DNA of 64,000 nucleotides, taken from contig NC_082714.1 in NCBI RefSeq assembly GCF_030144855.1, forward strand, positions 124,620,001 to 124,684,000, given 5' to 3'. The stretch's first letter is position 1, and every line of letters starts with the position of its first letter. Shown in pieces: positions 25,995 to 38,884 of this stretch. The position numbers and the translations under genes are program-made. The notes beneath the pieces are model-generated. The model was not told where the DNA came from. It did not search any database and saw only the letters and a program-made list of their open reading frames with translations. The DNA is from Hypanus sabinus (taxonomy: Eukaryota).

Positions 25995-27025
25995 ACATAG
26001 AATATAGAACAGTACAGCACAGGAACAGGCCATTCGGTCCACAATGTTGTGCCAAACCAGCTAAAAAGCAAATCAAAAGCACCCAAACACTAATCCCTCC
26101 ATCTTCCTTACATCCATATGCATATCCAAACATCTTTTAAAAGCCTCTAATGTATTTGCCTCTCCCACTATACCAGGTATCGTCGACCCTTACTTGCCCC
26201 TGATACTTGCCCCCTCTCACCTTCAATCTATGCTCTCTGACAAACAGACAGACATACTTTACTGATCCCAAGGGAAACTGGGTTGTTACAGTCGCACCAA
26301 CTAAGAATAGTGTTGAAATATAGCAATATAAGCCATAAATAATTAAATAATAAGTAAATAATGTCAAGTGGAAATAAGTCCAGGACCAGCCTATTGGCTC
26401 AGGGTGTCTGACGCTCCGAGGGAGGAGTTGTAAAGTTTGATGGCCACAGGTAGAAATGACTTCCTATGACGCTCAGTGTTGCTCTCGGTGGAATGAGTCT
26501 CTGGCTGAATGTACTCCTGTGCCTAACCAGTACATTATGGAGTGGATGGGAGACATTGTCCAAGATGGCAAGCAACTTGGATAGCATCCTCTTTTCAGAC
26601 ACCACCGGCAGAGAGTCCAGTTCCACCCCCACAACATCACTGGCCTTACTAAAGAGTTTGTTGATTCTGTTGGTGTCTGCTACCCTCAGTCTGGTAGCCT
26701 GGTAATACCCTCTGGTATTAGACATTGCAATCCTGGGAAACAGGGTTATCCACTCTACCTATGCCTCTCATAGTCTTGCAAACCTCTATCAGAGATCTCC
26801 CATCACAAACAAGAGAAAATCTGCAGATGCTGGAAATCCGAGCAACACACATAAAAATGCTGGAGTAACTCAGCAGGCCGGCCAGCATCTATGGAAAAGA
26901 GTACCGTCGACGTTTCGGGCCGAGACCCTTCGGCAAGCCTGCTGAGTTCCTCCAGCACTTCGTACGTGTTGTTTGTTCAGAGATCTCCCCCTCAGCCTCC
27001 CGGCGCTCCAGAGAAAACAACCCAA
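25995..27025 (-). mobile_element. CR1 3' fragment interrupted by a Rex1-like insert (~26238-26700) and a Penelope insert
   Basis: CR1 3' end; nested fragment encodes DTNRINKLFSKA..LDNVSHPLH with a (caga)n tail. Confidence 0.75.
26802..26976. mobile_element. Penelope-derived short insert nested in a CR1
   Basis: 13-bp TSD tcagagatctccc at 26789-26801 and 26977-26989; partial inverted arm. Confidence 0.85.
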
Positions 27026-27594
27026 CGGCCTCTCGAGGGAGCATGGAAAGTGAAAGTGAAATAGACAATACACAAATTTTCCAAAGAACAATCCAGAACT
27101 GATCCCAAAATAAAATCTCAATAAATCAAGTCCTACTTATCCTCCTTTATGCAGAATACAGCCACTAAAATGAGTCACCAGCTTTCAGGGTGTTGCGTGA
27201 TAGAATGAAAATGCGATTGAAGTACTCCATACTTTCAAATGCGTCGAAACCAAAACCAACTAGATCACTGATCCGATAGCAGCGAATTTTATATATTTAG
27301 TATACCAGTAACTATAATATTATCTTATAGGATTTACAGAGCAGAAACAGAGAAAGAAAAATTGCAGTTCCCCAAATCCTTTGTCAACCTAACAGATACT
27401 GAAATATTAGCGCACTCACTGCGACATACTGAATGTTATATTTAGCTTTAAACATCCACTGAAGAAAGGAGACTGTTTGTCGTGAATTTTCTCCCACAGA
27501 CAAATATATTTCAGCAAGTTTAAAGGAAGCTCCAAGCTGGCTTCCAACCAAGACGGGTTTAAAGAGAAAAAAATAACATAAAATGGTTACTTAC

Positions 27595-27722
27595 ATATGG
27601 TTACATTCGATTCGCATTGGATTTTCAAAAATTTCTAAGCAAACGGGGCAGGTTAAAGCTTCTTTGTCATCCCCTCCTGTTTCATTAGGACGTGAGGCGT
27701 CCTCTTCGAAATTCATCGCCAT
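27595..27722 (-). CDS. RNF114: E3 ubiquitin ligase RNF114, coding exon 1 (RING N-half)
   Basis: Encodes MAMNFEED...LTCPVCLEIFENPMRIECNH; phase-2 donor AT|GTAAGT. An alternative ATG lies 6 nt downstream. Confidence 0.9.
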
Positions 27723-28075
27723 TTCTACTGCGGTCTGTTTCCGCAAATGGCAAACGTCAAATGGAGGCGGAGCGGGTCTCAACATATGAGAGCAAGCAGC
27801 AAAACCCGGCAAGCCACGGGGACAATATCGATTACAAATGATCAGGAGTCATTTCATATGATTATATCTGAGAGCAACCTCCTGTGTGCAAGGGAACGTT
27901 CCAGCTTCAGGGGTCCATGATTGCAACAACCGTCCTTAGATGTCACCTTAAATAACTCAGTCGTGTTTTAAAAGTAGTCATTGTGATTTTAGTAGTTGAA
28001 TTGCCAGCATGCTGTTTGCACTGAATGAAAAGGGACTGCAAATTTTTATTGTCCTGAACAATGACAAGAAAGCTT

Positions 28076-29195
28076 TAGAACATAGAAATCTACAGTTCAT
28101 TACAGGCCCTTCGGCCCACAATGTTGTGCCGAGCATATAACCTACTCTAGAAACTGCCTAGAATTTCCCTAGCGCATAGCTCTCCATTTTTCTAAGCTCA
28201 ATATACCTATCTAAGAGCCTCTTAAGGGACCTTATTGCATTCACTTACACCACGCTGCTAGCAGCCCATTCCACGCACCCACCACTCTCCGTGTGAAAAA
28301 CTTACCCCTGTCATCCCCTCGGTACCTATTTCCAAGCACCTTAAACCTGTGCCCTCTCGTGTTAATCATTTCAGCCCTGGGAAAAAGCCTCTTACTATCC
28401 ATATGATGAATGCCCCTCATCATATTATACACCTCTATCAGGTCACCTCTCATCCTCCGTCATTCCAAGGAGAAAAGGCCAAGTTTGCTCAACCTATTCT
28501 CATAAGGTACGCCCCGATCCAGGCGACATCCTTGTAAATCTCCTCTGCACTCTGTCTATAGTGTCCACATCCTTCCTGTAGTGAGGTGACTAGAACTGAA
28601 CACAGTACTTAAAGTGGGTTCTGTGGTCTTATAAAGCTGTAACATTACCTCATGGCTTTTGAACTCAATCCCACGGTTGATGAATGTCGACACACCATAC
28701 ACTTTCTTAACAACATTGTCAACCTGTGAAACAGCTTTGAGTGTCCTTTGGACATGGACTCCAAGATCTCTCACATCCTCCACACTGCCAAGAGCCTTAC
28801 CATTAATATTATACTTTGTCTTCAAAATGAACCACTTCACACTTATATGGATTGAAGTCCATCTACCACTTCTCAGCCCAGTTCTGCATCCTATAAATGT
28901 CCTGGACAACCCTCCAGACTATCCACAACACCCCAACTTTTGTGCCATCAGCAAAATTACCTACCCGCCTTTCTGCTTCCTCATCCAGGTCATTTATAAA
29001 AATCACAAAGGGGAGAGGTCCCAGAAAAGATCGTTGTGGAACACCGCTGGCCACCAACTTCCATGCAGAATACAAACCATCTACAACCACCCTTTGCCTT
29101 CTGCAGGCAAGCCAGTTCTGGATCCACAAAGCAAGGTCTTGTTGGATCCCATGCTTTCTGAATGCACCTTGCATGAGGACCCTTATCAAGTGCCT
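28076..29195 (-). mobile_element. CR1 LINE RT and 3' end
   Basis: WIQNWLACRRQRVVV, SGVPQ..LGP, FADGTKV and RGDLIEVY motifs. Confidence 0.9.
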
Positions 29196-30329
29196 GAGTA
29201 ACTAACATTGTTTTTAACCAAGGTAAAAAAGAAAATCTGAAAAATAAAATAAAAACTGCAAAATAAAATCAAAAAATGTACTGTATTGTGTTAATTTTCA
29301 ATCTGGAGGCAAATTCATAAGTTGTGACAAAAAAAGTGATATTGTTGCACACTTAATAGATGGTGGCCTTTTGATGTATGTATGTCACTGACATATTGTA
29401 ATTCACACGTTAATTTCAGTCTCTATTCCAGTCCTCAGGTGTACAATGAACCTTTTGTCTGTTTTATTATTAAATGTAAGTTTCCCTATTTTTCACTCTT
29501 ATGCTGCCGTTTGCATGGTAACGAGGTCAGCCAATGGCATCTTCAGAGCAACAATGTCATTTGAATTATTCAAAAAATGCATTTCATTTGCAATTACTGG
29601 GTATTCTATTTTTGGATAGTCTTGGGGAAAAGCAGTTTTGATGTTGTTAAACTGGTTAATCACGTGGAAGAATGATCTCAGACAGAAAAAAAGCAAAGCA
29701 CTATTTTTATCCAATATCTGTAGCAAATTTCATGGTGAAAAATAGGGTTGAAATTTAAGATTATGATAGAAACTAAAATATACTACATTTAAAATATAAT
29801 GGATTTAAAAATGGAAAATATTTTGTTTTGAATTGGCGACTAGGAATTTTTCCATGGGTAGTGGAGTCTAAAACTAGTGGCTGTGAGATTAGGCTGAGAG
29901 GTGAATAGTTTAAGGGAACCTGAGGGGCAATTTTTTTTGCAAAGGGTAATAAAATAAGCCGTCAGAAAAGCAGTGTTTCAAGAATGTTCGAACAAGTACA
30001 TGGATAGGAGAGAAAAACAGGGATATAGACTAATTGCTGGAAAATCGTTTTAATATAGGTATGCATGGATGAGTTAGGCCGCAGGTCCTGTTTGGCTGCA
30101 TGGACTCTAGTAATGCAGCTACTGTGCACCTTTTGGAAAATACTGAATCAATAACAACAACTTTGGGATATTGTGGTTAACTTGTAGAGTCCTTGATCGT
30201 GAGTCCATAGGTTGTGGAATCTATTTAGAGTGAAAGTATCCTCGCTGGTTCAGGGCCCTGATAGTTGAAGGGTAATAACTGTACCTGAAACTGATGGTGT
30301 GGGACCTAAGGCTCCTGTCTCTTTGCATC

Positions 30330-31718
30330 AGAGTCCACCAAGATTATCTACTGATGAGTGAGCATTCCTTCTAAAAGATTCAGAGCTCCCAGTGTGGTCT
30401 GCATCTTAAGGAAGAGGATGGCTTAAGTTGAATGTCCTAATTTGTGCACAGAGTTGGACATATTGAAGTTCTGCAAATCCTTCTATAATGGTCTGTGCAA
30501 TGGGAAGGCGCAGACAGCATAACCTCCTGGAATGTCCTGAGCTCTATCTGGGAGGTTTGAAGTGAAAACAAGCAGCAGAGTCTGGATCAGCCTTCAATCC
30601 TAGAGCACTTACAAGTTTTATCTGTTACATTGATAAGAATAAAATTCCTGGAAACAACAGATCTTCAGATAGAATGGGCCCATACTTGCTACAATTTAGT
30701 GTACTTGTGTTTCTATCTAGCAGCAAGTCAGCATTAATGACGAAGAACATTATCACTTTCACCTATAAGTAGAAGGGGGAAAGGAGATCAAAAATTGGTG
30801 ACCACCTCACTGTTGAATGTGGATTACATGATGCTATTCAAGTTACTGCCAATCAAGCCAAGTCTGCCTTGAGGCAGGAGATGCACCAGAACAGACATGT
30901 GCTATACCTAGCAATAAAATCTGATGGTGCTATGCTACCATGGGATCTGGTCACCTACGTAGGTGTGGATGAAAGGTAGACACCTGCCTGGTCGGCTTGA
31001 ACTGGAAGAAAGCCTCTTAACAGACATGCAAGACATTCAAATTTAAAATTTGCATATTCCAAAGTGGGAGGCAGTTTCTTTGGCAGGAGTCATCTCAGTA
31101 AGGGAACGGGAAGATGCTGTAAGAGACATTTTTCTAGCAGCACAAATTTTGATTTCAAATATGCAAATTTTTGTCCCCTAAAACCCTCACTAATTTTTAT
31201 AAGTGCACCATAGAAAGTATTCTTCTAGGGTGCATCACAACCTGGTATGGAAGTCGTCTTGTCCAAGACTGGAAGAAGCTGCAGAAGATCATGAACACAG
31301 CCCAGCACATCACACAAACCAATCTTCCATCCTTGGACTCACTTTACACTGCACGTTGTCGGAGCAGTGCTGCCAGGATAACCAAGGATACGACCCACCC
31401 AGCCAACACACTTTTTGTCCCTCTTCCCTCTGGGAGAAGGTTCAGGAGCTTGAAGAATCATACGGCCATATTTGGGAACAGCTTCTTTCCAACTGTGATA
31501 AGACTGCTGAATGGATCCTGACCCAGATCTGGGCGGTACCTTCCAAATATCCGGACCTGTCTCCCAGTTTTATTTATGATTTATAATTAAAATTTTTATT
31601 ATATTTACTATTGATTTATACTCCAGAGAGTGCGAAGCGCAGAATCAAATATTGCTGTGATGATTGTATGCTCTAGTATCAATTGTTTGGTGACAATAAA
31701 GTGATGATGATGATGATG

Positions 31719-31758
<40 letters not shown>

Positions 31759-33130
31759 GAGACATCGTCTTCAAGATGGCCTTTGGGGAGAAATCTAGTC
31801 ATGAAATCAGGTAAGGCTGCACACTGTACCTTAACTTGCTTGGGTGTCGCACTGTGCTTTTTGCCAAATCCATCAGTAAAGGCGCTCACAGAAGAGGAGT
31901 GACAAACCCAACATTCAATTCAAACTCAACATCTACACTGATAAATTGCCCCCTTCTGCTCGTTCTGCAGATTGATCAGTATCTGCCACCATTTTGAACA
32001 GACCTCAGGGGCCACAGCCAATTGAAGCACAAGCTGGGGCATAACCTTTGGAAGCTGGTCCCATGATTGGCTGTTCCCTTCATCATCAATCAGATCATCA
32101 ACTGCTGGAAGGTGCTGAGAAATCTGGATTCAAGGAATGAGGGCTTGCAGTGAGAATTGTTTAGAGCCAAAGTGGAGCAGAAGTTGGGAATCTAAGAACA
32201 ATGTTCCATCTTAAAGACAGTCTTCAGGTATGAAATTACAGCACACATGTGGATCACTCCATGCTCCTGTACTGCCGCGATCATGAGAATCATTTTCCAT
32301 TTCATCTGGAAACCCAAAATGGATGTCATCTGTCAGTAGGTGGCATACAGATCTCAAAATAGCATAAAAACATAACTAATTATAGCTCTCATCCTGAAGG
32401 TCACATTTATGTGTTGGCTGCATCAAGATGCATGTGCATTCTTCAAGGGCCACTAAGTGCTGAGGTTCTACTTGTTCCCAGGGTTGCGAAGTGTGAGATT
32501 GACTTCCTTCTGGTGGAATATTCTGTCCCTTAAAGTTTGTGCAGACTGCAAGCCAATCAGGTTGTGGTCCATATGGAATATCTTGGACAACCTGTAGTAG
32601 AAGAAGATAATGAACCTAGTGGGATAGCTGCCCAACGCTGTTGTCAAAATCAGTTGGTAAAATGCCTCATATATGGAACTTACAAAGCATGGTTGGTGAT
32701 GACAAGAGCCCTCTCAGTCAGCTCCTTCATGCAGGAGCCTCAGTCCTACCATGAACTGCCCACAAGATGGATGTAATGTAGATGAGGCACAGTTCACTGC
32801 TTTGTAGATTGTTGATTATGGCCAAGGTTTGGAAAAGGATGCAGGGGTCTTTGTTGAGGTTCGTTGGAAGCAGCTGAATAACACAAGACTCTGTGCTCTG
32901 TACAGTGATCCTAAAGTCCCAAAGCGAGATAAAAATCAACTCAATGAAAGACATATTTAGATCTGCCTGAAACCTTTTGGTCTTCCAGTGCAAGGTGAAG
33001 TCTCCAAGTGAATGTTGTGAAAGGGCACATTCCAATGTACAACAGTGTTGTCAAGTGAAGCGCAGAAGCTTAATGATGCTACTGAAAAGGCTGCATGGAG
33101 AAAAGCACACTCTCAAATCCTGCTACCAAT
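30330..33130 (+). mobile_element. Highly decayed Tx1/L1-like LINE ORF2, interrupted
   Basis: Scattered remnants such as FHFIWKPKMD and AWLVMTRALSVSSF; no intact frame. Confidence 0.4.
31130..31755 (+). mobile_element. Young 5'-truncated Rex1/Babar-like LINE with (TGA)n(TAA)n tail
   Basis: Encodes LTNFYKCTIESILLGCITTWYG...NSFFPTVIRLLN. Microsatellite tail at ~31701-31757; TSD taagagacat at 31120-31129 and 31756-31765. Confidence 0.88.
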
Positions 33131-33164
33131 GGACACCTTGTAAAATGTCATTCCATTCTCTAAG

Positions 33165-34460
33165 AAGGGAAATTATAGGTCAGTTAGACTAACCTCAGTG
33201 GTTGGGAAAGTGTTGGAGTTTATTATTAAGGATGAAGTTTCAAGGTACTTGGAGACTAATTATAAAGTAAACCAAAGTCAACATGGTTTCTGTAAAGGGA
33301 AATCTTGCCTGACAGATCTGCTAGAGTTCTTTGTGGAAGTAACAAGCAGGGTGAACAAAGAGGAAGAAGTGGGTGTCATTTACTTGGTTTGATAAGGTGC
33401 CACACATGAGGCTGCTTAACAAGATGAAATCTTATGGCATTACAGGAAAGATACTGGCAGGGATAGCGGAATGGCTGACAGGCAGGAGGCAGTGAATGGA
33501 AATAAAAGCAGCCTTTTCTGGTTGGCTCACAGTGACTAGTGGTGTCCCTCAGGGGTCAGTATTGAAATTGCTGCTTTTCACATTGTTTGTCAATGATCTG
33601 GATAACGGAATTGAAAGTTTGTGGATAATATGAAGATTATATGGAGGGGTAGGTACTGCTGAGGACTTAGGCAAATTGGAAGAATGGGCAAAAAAGTGGT
33701 AGATGGAATACAGTTTTGGGAAATGTATGATAATGCATTTTGGTAATAGGAGCAATAGTGCAGACTATTACCTAAATCGGGAGAAGGTTCAAACATCAGA
33801 GGTGCAGAAGGACTTACCAGTCCTTGTGCAAGACTCCCAGAAGGTTAATTTACAAGTTGAATCTGTGGTAAAGAAGGAAAATGCAATGTTGGCAATTATT
33901 TCAAGGGGAATAAAATATAATAGCAAGAAGAAAATATTGAGCCTTTGTAAGATACTAGTCAGTTTGCACTCGGAGTATTGTCAACAGTTGTGGGCCCCTT
34001 ATCTCAGAATAGATGTGTTGTCATTGGATAGAATTCAGAGGAGATTCACGAGAATGATTCTGGGAAAGAAGGGGTTAACATAGGAAGAACATTTGGCAGC
34101 CTGTAATCATTGGAATTTAGAAGAATGTGGGGCATGGGGGGGGGGATCTTATTGAAACCTACTTAATGTTGAAAGGACTATACAGAGAGGATGTGGAGAG
34201 GTTGTTTCCTATGGTGTGGGTATCCGCAACCCTTTAGGACAGAGAAGTAAGAAAGAAGTTTTTTAGCCAGAGAGAAGTAAATCTGTGGAAAGCTCTGCCA
34301 CAGACTGTGGTGGAGGCCAAGTCTGTGTGTATGTTTAAAGCAGAAATTGATCATTTCCTGATTGGTCAGGATATAAAAGATATAGTGAGAATGAAGGTGA
34401 TAGGGTTAAATGGAATCCAGGATGGAATTGCGGAACAGATTCGATGGGCTGAATGGTCTA
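33165..34460 (+). mobile_element. CR1 LINE RT and 3' end
   Basis: QSQHGFCKGKSCLTDLLEFF and KCMIMHFG motifs. Confidence 0.9.
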
Positions 34461-34649
34461 AAAGGCAATCAAATGTTTCACTAATGCAGTGCCTAGGGAG
34501 GAAGCATTAGTGATATTGATATATTGCAAAGGAATGTATTGAATTGCTTGGTATAGTGAATGACGACAAATATTTAATGTCCATTTCATGAATAATGTAT
34601 ATGTTTTGGGGAAAAGATTGCTCTTGATGAAGATACAGTAGGGCATGTA

Positions 34650-34900
34650 AAGAGGGCTTGCATTTAAGGTGAGAGGAAGTGATTTCAAAAGAGATGTCAG
34701 GGGCGAGATTTTTTACACAGAGCATGGAACACGCTGCCTGGGATTGTGGTAGATGCAGAAACATTGAAGAGTTTTAAGAGACGTTTAGATAGATACATGA
34801 CTGTGAGGAAAATGTAAGGATATGGACATTGGGTAGGCGGAAGAGATTAGTTAGCTACTAGTTTACTAATTACTAATCCGGCGCTGCACTGTTCTATGTC
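34650..34900 (+). mobile_element. CR1 3' fragment
   Basis: tttaaggtgagagg...tttttacacagag; CR1 3' UTR. Confidence 0.7.
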
Positions 34901-35029
34901 ATGGCGACGGAAGCACCTTCATTGTTGCGTACAAATGGAGTGGCTGATTCTACAGTAAAAATAATATATTGGGGTCTTCATCAAACCACGTTAAGATGCA
35001 AGTTATCAATTTAACGACGACCGTACGTA

Positions 35030-35420
35030 CCAATCTAATGAATTCCTTGCAAGCGATGTGCGCATGTGCGGGCAGACACTTCGGACGGTCACCTCTCACG
35101 CAGGCGCGCTGAACAGCTCATGTAAATTCGGGGGGGGGGGGTCTCCCGGTGCGCAGGCGCATTGTGCGTTTCCTCCCGAGCACGCGGAGCCGGAAATGAT
35201 TTCCAACCAATTGGAGGTGGCGGGTACTTGTCCGCCGTGTTGTTGCTGGCGGTTGGTGATCGAATGGCTGTGAGTGGTCAGTGAGCCCGTACCGTGTGTG
35301 ACCTGCATCGGTATCTCACTGCGGCGGAAGAAAAGAGCCGGTTGTTACGCGTAAGGCAGGAATGAATCAAACTGAGGAGTAAGTGATGATGGCTGAGGCA
35401 AAGATGGCGCCGTCACGTTA
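35030..35420 (+). promoter_or_regulatory. SPATA2: CpG-island promoter and non-coding first exon of SPATA2
   Basis: CpG-rich. NRF1 motif TGCGCAGGCGCA at 35150-35161 plus a variant near 35059, ETS-like CCGGAAAT near 35190, YY1 AAGATGGCG at 35401-35409. Candidate donors at 35270, 35351 and 35379. Confidence 0.7.
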
Positions 35421-35917
35421 GAGGACAGCTTTCAGTGATTCAAATGGCAGTGGGCCTGTTGTGACTCTGCGTGAGGTTCTTGCCTTCCAGTAGCTGCTCT
35501 TATATTTCTGCTTGTGGTCAAGAGAATTTCTACCCGCTAATTGGTGTCTTAAACTTAAAAACCGCCAACCAACTTACCTAAGCAATCAGGAAGTCTAGAT
35601 AAAAATATTGTGGACTGTAATGTGATGCCGAAAAATAATATAGTCGTTCAATATGAAATCATGTTAATCTTGGGGACTGTAAATAGATAGGGGCATTTAA
35701 TCCATGTCGAGGGAGCGAGTCCTACTGTTTGACGAACATGATATTAGAACAGCTCGGATTTAACCTGTTGAAATAAAAAGCCGCCGTTCCAGGAATCCAG
35801 TTTTGGTGAACAGTATCAACAGGAAGGGTAGACTTGTATGCTACAGTACAACAGCATTCAGAATCAATTTAAAACTTATTTTTGCTGTTGGGAATATTTA
35901 GGTGATCTAGAATACAT

Positions 35918-36069
35918 TTCCAAACACAACCTTCCACCACCACCACCTTCTTACTCTGACCTTTTTTTCTCCAGTCCTGATAAAGGGTATTAGTCTGAAA
36001 CGTCGACTGTACTCTTTTCCATAGATGCTGTCTGGCCTGCTGAGTTCCTCCATCATTTTGTGTGTGCTG
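35918..36069 (+). mobile_element. Penelope-derived short insert in SPATA2 intron 1
   Basis: 11-bp TSD ctagaatacat at 35907-35917 and 36070-36080; contains cagtc-ctgataa...gaaac-gtc-gactg. Confidence 0.85.
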
Positions 36070-36569
36070 CTAGAATACATCTCTATGTTTAACATGGTAG
36101 TGCTCTATCTATGATAACCCTTTTCTTTTCGATTACGTCCAAACTCTTTCCTAGGGTTGTGGCTTAATAGATGCAACCTAAGGACTTGTAGATACCAAAA
36201 ACCAACTAGTTTAGTTTTTGACAACACCCCTTGAGTTTTGAAGGATGATAAACCTGTGTGATGCTTCCTATTTAAAGAAATTGTAATTGATATAAAATAT
36301 GCATCTTCTGTACAACTCTTCAATGATGTTTTATTTCAGTTGTGCATTTGGAAGATATATGAACTATTAAGGTCTTTAAATTATGGATGGGGAAATAACA
36401 GTAAATGATCCAAAATCTACCTTTCAGGGTAGTAAATGAAACCTTAAGAATTACATAGTTCATAACTGGTTATACAAACAGATTAGATATGTATTAGAAT
36501 CTTAAGAAATGTTTCAATAGTGTTTATGACTCCTAGCTCAATTCTTATTTTACTGTCAAGTGTGGCACA

Positions 36570-36870
36570 GTTTGGTGGTGGCATCCGTCAGTCTCAAGAG
36601 ACCATGGATCTGCACCTGGAGTTTCCAGGGTGCAGGCCTGGGCAGGGTTGTATGGGAGACCGGCAGTTGCCCAAGGGCCTTCCCCTCTCCACGCCATCGA
36701 TGTTGTCCAAAGGAAGGGCACTAGGACCCATGCAGCTTGGCACCGCAGAGCAATGTGTTGTTAAGTGCCTTGCTCAAGGACACAAACAAGCTGCTTCAGC
36801 TGAGGCTGGAACCAGTGACCTTCAGGTTACTAGTCTGATGCCTTGCCCAGTAGACCACGTGCCAACACAG
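36570..36870 (-). mobile_element. SINE-like repeat
   Basis: gttaagtgccttgctcaaggacacaa CORE-like segment followed by a reversed tRNA-like head. Confidence 0.55.
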
Positions 36871-37377
36871 TTTATCATTAAAAATATTAATAGATGATTC
36901 TTTGAAGTGCTTATTCCTTAATTACAACATTTGGACCCCAGGAACAAAAGCATATTGCATCTCAATTTGAACAAAAAAAAACTGCATTGCAGTTTAACTG
37001 CAGAATTCATTTTTTTTGTTGATATTTCCTGTCGTGATCTTGATTGGTCAGTCCATGAAGGGATATGGTGAGAAAGTACCAGAGGGAAAATGGATCAGCC
37101 ATGATAAAATGGTGGAACAGAATCCATGGGCCAGATGACCTAATTCTGCTCCTATAAAGTGCAATTAACTGTTTTATTTACCAGTTTCTGTGTCAATTTG
37201 TTGATCTGGAATGATAGTATGCAGTGTATTTTTTTAATTCATTATCCTTTTATGTTGCAGGTAGATCAATCAGTATACCAGGTATTTGAATTATAACATT
37301 GAATCCACTCCTTGCCTGAAAACAACTTGAGTCATGGATGAGTTGTAGGAAACGTCAGACCACACAAGCAGCTCCTA

Positions 37378-37686
37378 ATGGATCCAAGTAAAATCAGAGA
37401 CTCACTGTATCGGAAATACATACAGATTTGTGAATTGAAATTAAGTGAAAATGATCTCGTAGAGGATGCAAGCCTTAAGAAGATGGCTACATCCTTACTT
37501 GACTTATATCGCCAAGAACCATCAGAAAGATTTAAGTTATTCAGATTTTATGATATTGTGGAGAATTCTTTGAAGGCGGTCAAAACATCAAGCTTAAATG
37601 CAATTCTTACCGCCTTTGGAGTTCTGGAAACCTTCTGCATCAACCTCTTTCTTTACCCTTGGAAAAAGGAATTTAAAACTATAAAG
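37378..37686 (+). CDS. SPATA2: SPATA2 first coding exon (PUB domain N-part); exon begins at 37261
   Basis: Encodes MDPSKIRDSLYRKY...NLFLYPWKKEFKTIK. Acceptor ttgcag ends at 37260; donor AAG|GTACAG. Confidence 0.93.
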
Positions 37687-38039
37687 GTACAGTATTAAAC
37701 TTAATGCCACAAAATAGTTTTGACAGATTAATTATAGGATAAATTCTGTAATTGCAAATTACATTAAAAAATTCAAATGCCACCATGGCTATTTTGGGTT
37801 TTAAATTACAGTAATAAAAACTTGAATAAAAAGCTATTAAGCTATAGAATTGTACAAAAACATTTAGTTACCAAGGATCTGTATTGTGTTGTAGGTTTTC
37901 TATGTTTCTATTTATCAGAGAAGGCAAACTGTCATCCATAATAATAATAATAATGGTCCGCTTATAACTCCAACCTATAGCAGTGTGCCTGACTCAAATT
38001 GTCATCTTGATCTGGCTTCCTCGGGCAATTGAGAATACA

Positions 38040-38325
38040 GTGATGTCTAAATCTAAAGATTAGCTTTATGTCACATGTACACAAAGATAAACAGTGCTGG
38101 GCAGTCTGTAAGTATTGCCATACTTCTGATATCAACGTAGCATGCTCACAAATCACTGACCCTGACCCCTGACCCCCTTTGGAATATGTGAGGAAACAGT
38201 TGCACCCTGAGGAAATCCATGTGATCACAGGGAAAATGTACAAACTCCTTACAGGCAGTCACGGGAATTAAGTATTGGTGATCGCTGGCACTGTAAAATG
38301 ACAGGCTAACCACCAGGCTATCATG
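38040..38325 (-). mobile_element. tRNA-derived SINE
   Basis: Reverse V-SINE-like core. Confidence 0.6.
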
Positions 38326-38884
38326 AATAAATTAAGAAAATATTTCTAAAATGTGAAACAATTCTTTCATTCCTGAGGTATCGAGTCTTCACAGAAAAAC
38401 CTATTGTCATTCCTGTTCACTACAAACTGTTGCTTTTTATTCAAGTTTGAAACCCCTGGATATTCTGATCACTCTTTAAAGGATTAGAATTATCCACTTC
38501 AATCATGAAAGGCAACTATGTGCATAGAGCATTCTTACTTCACTGAAGCCCTTTGACACAGTTGAATGTACTAGTTTCCTCTAATGCTTTTTTCTGTTGT
38601 CCATTTTGATAAAACTGCCTTCCTTTAATTTCACTTCATATGACCTATTCAATCATGTCTTCCATCCCAGTGATTTCCTTTTTATATTCTATATTTCCCA
38701 GTGATCTATCCCTCTTCTTTTGTTGCTATATCCCTTTGTTAACATAACTGGGAACACATAGGGCAAGGATTTGTATATGTACAAATGGCAGAATTTCAAC
38801 ACCCCATCACTGTTTCTGTGCTGTGAATTTGTATGTTTAACATCTGTATAATCGTCCAGTTAAACAGTACAACATTTTTTTATG

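Noticed and set aside
31608-31889. ORF with poly-Tyr/poly-His
   Set aside because: It is a translation of the (TAA)n(TGA)n microsatellite tail of a LINE.
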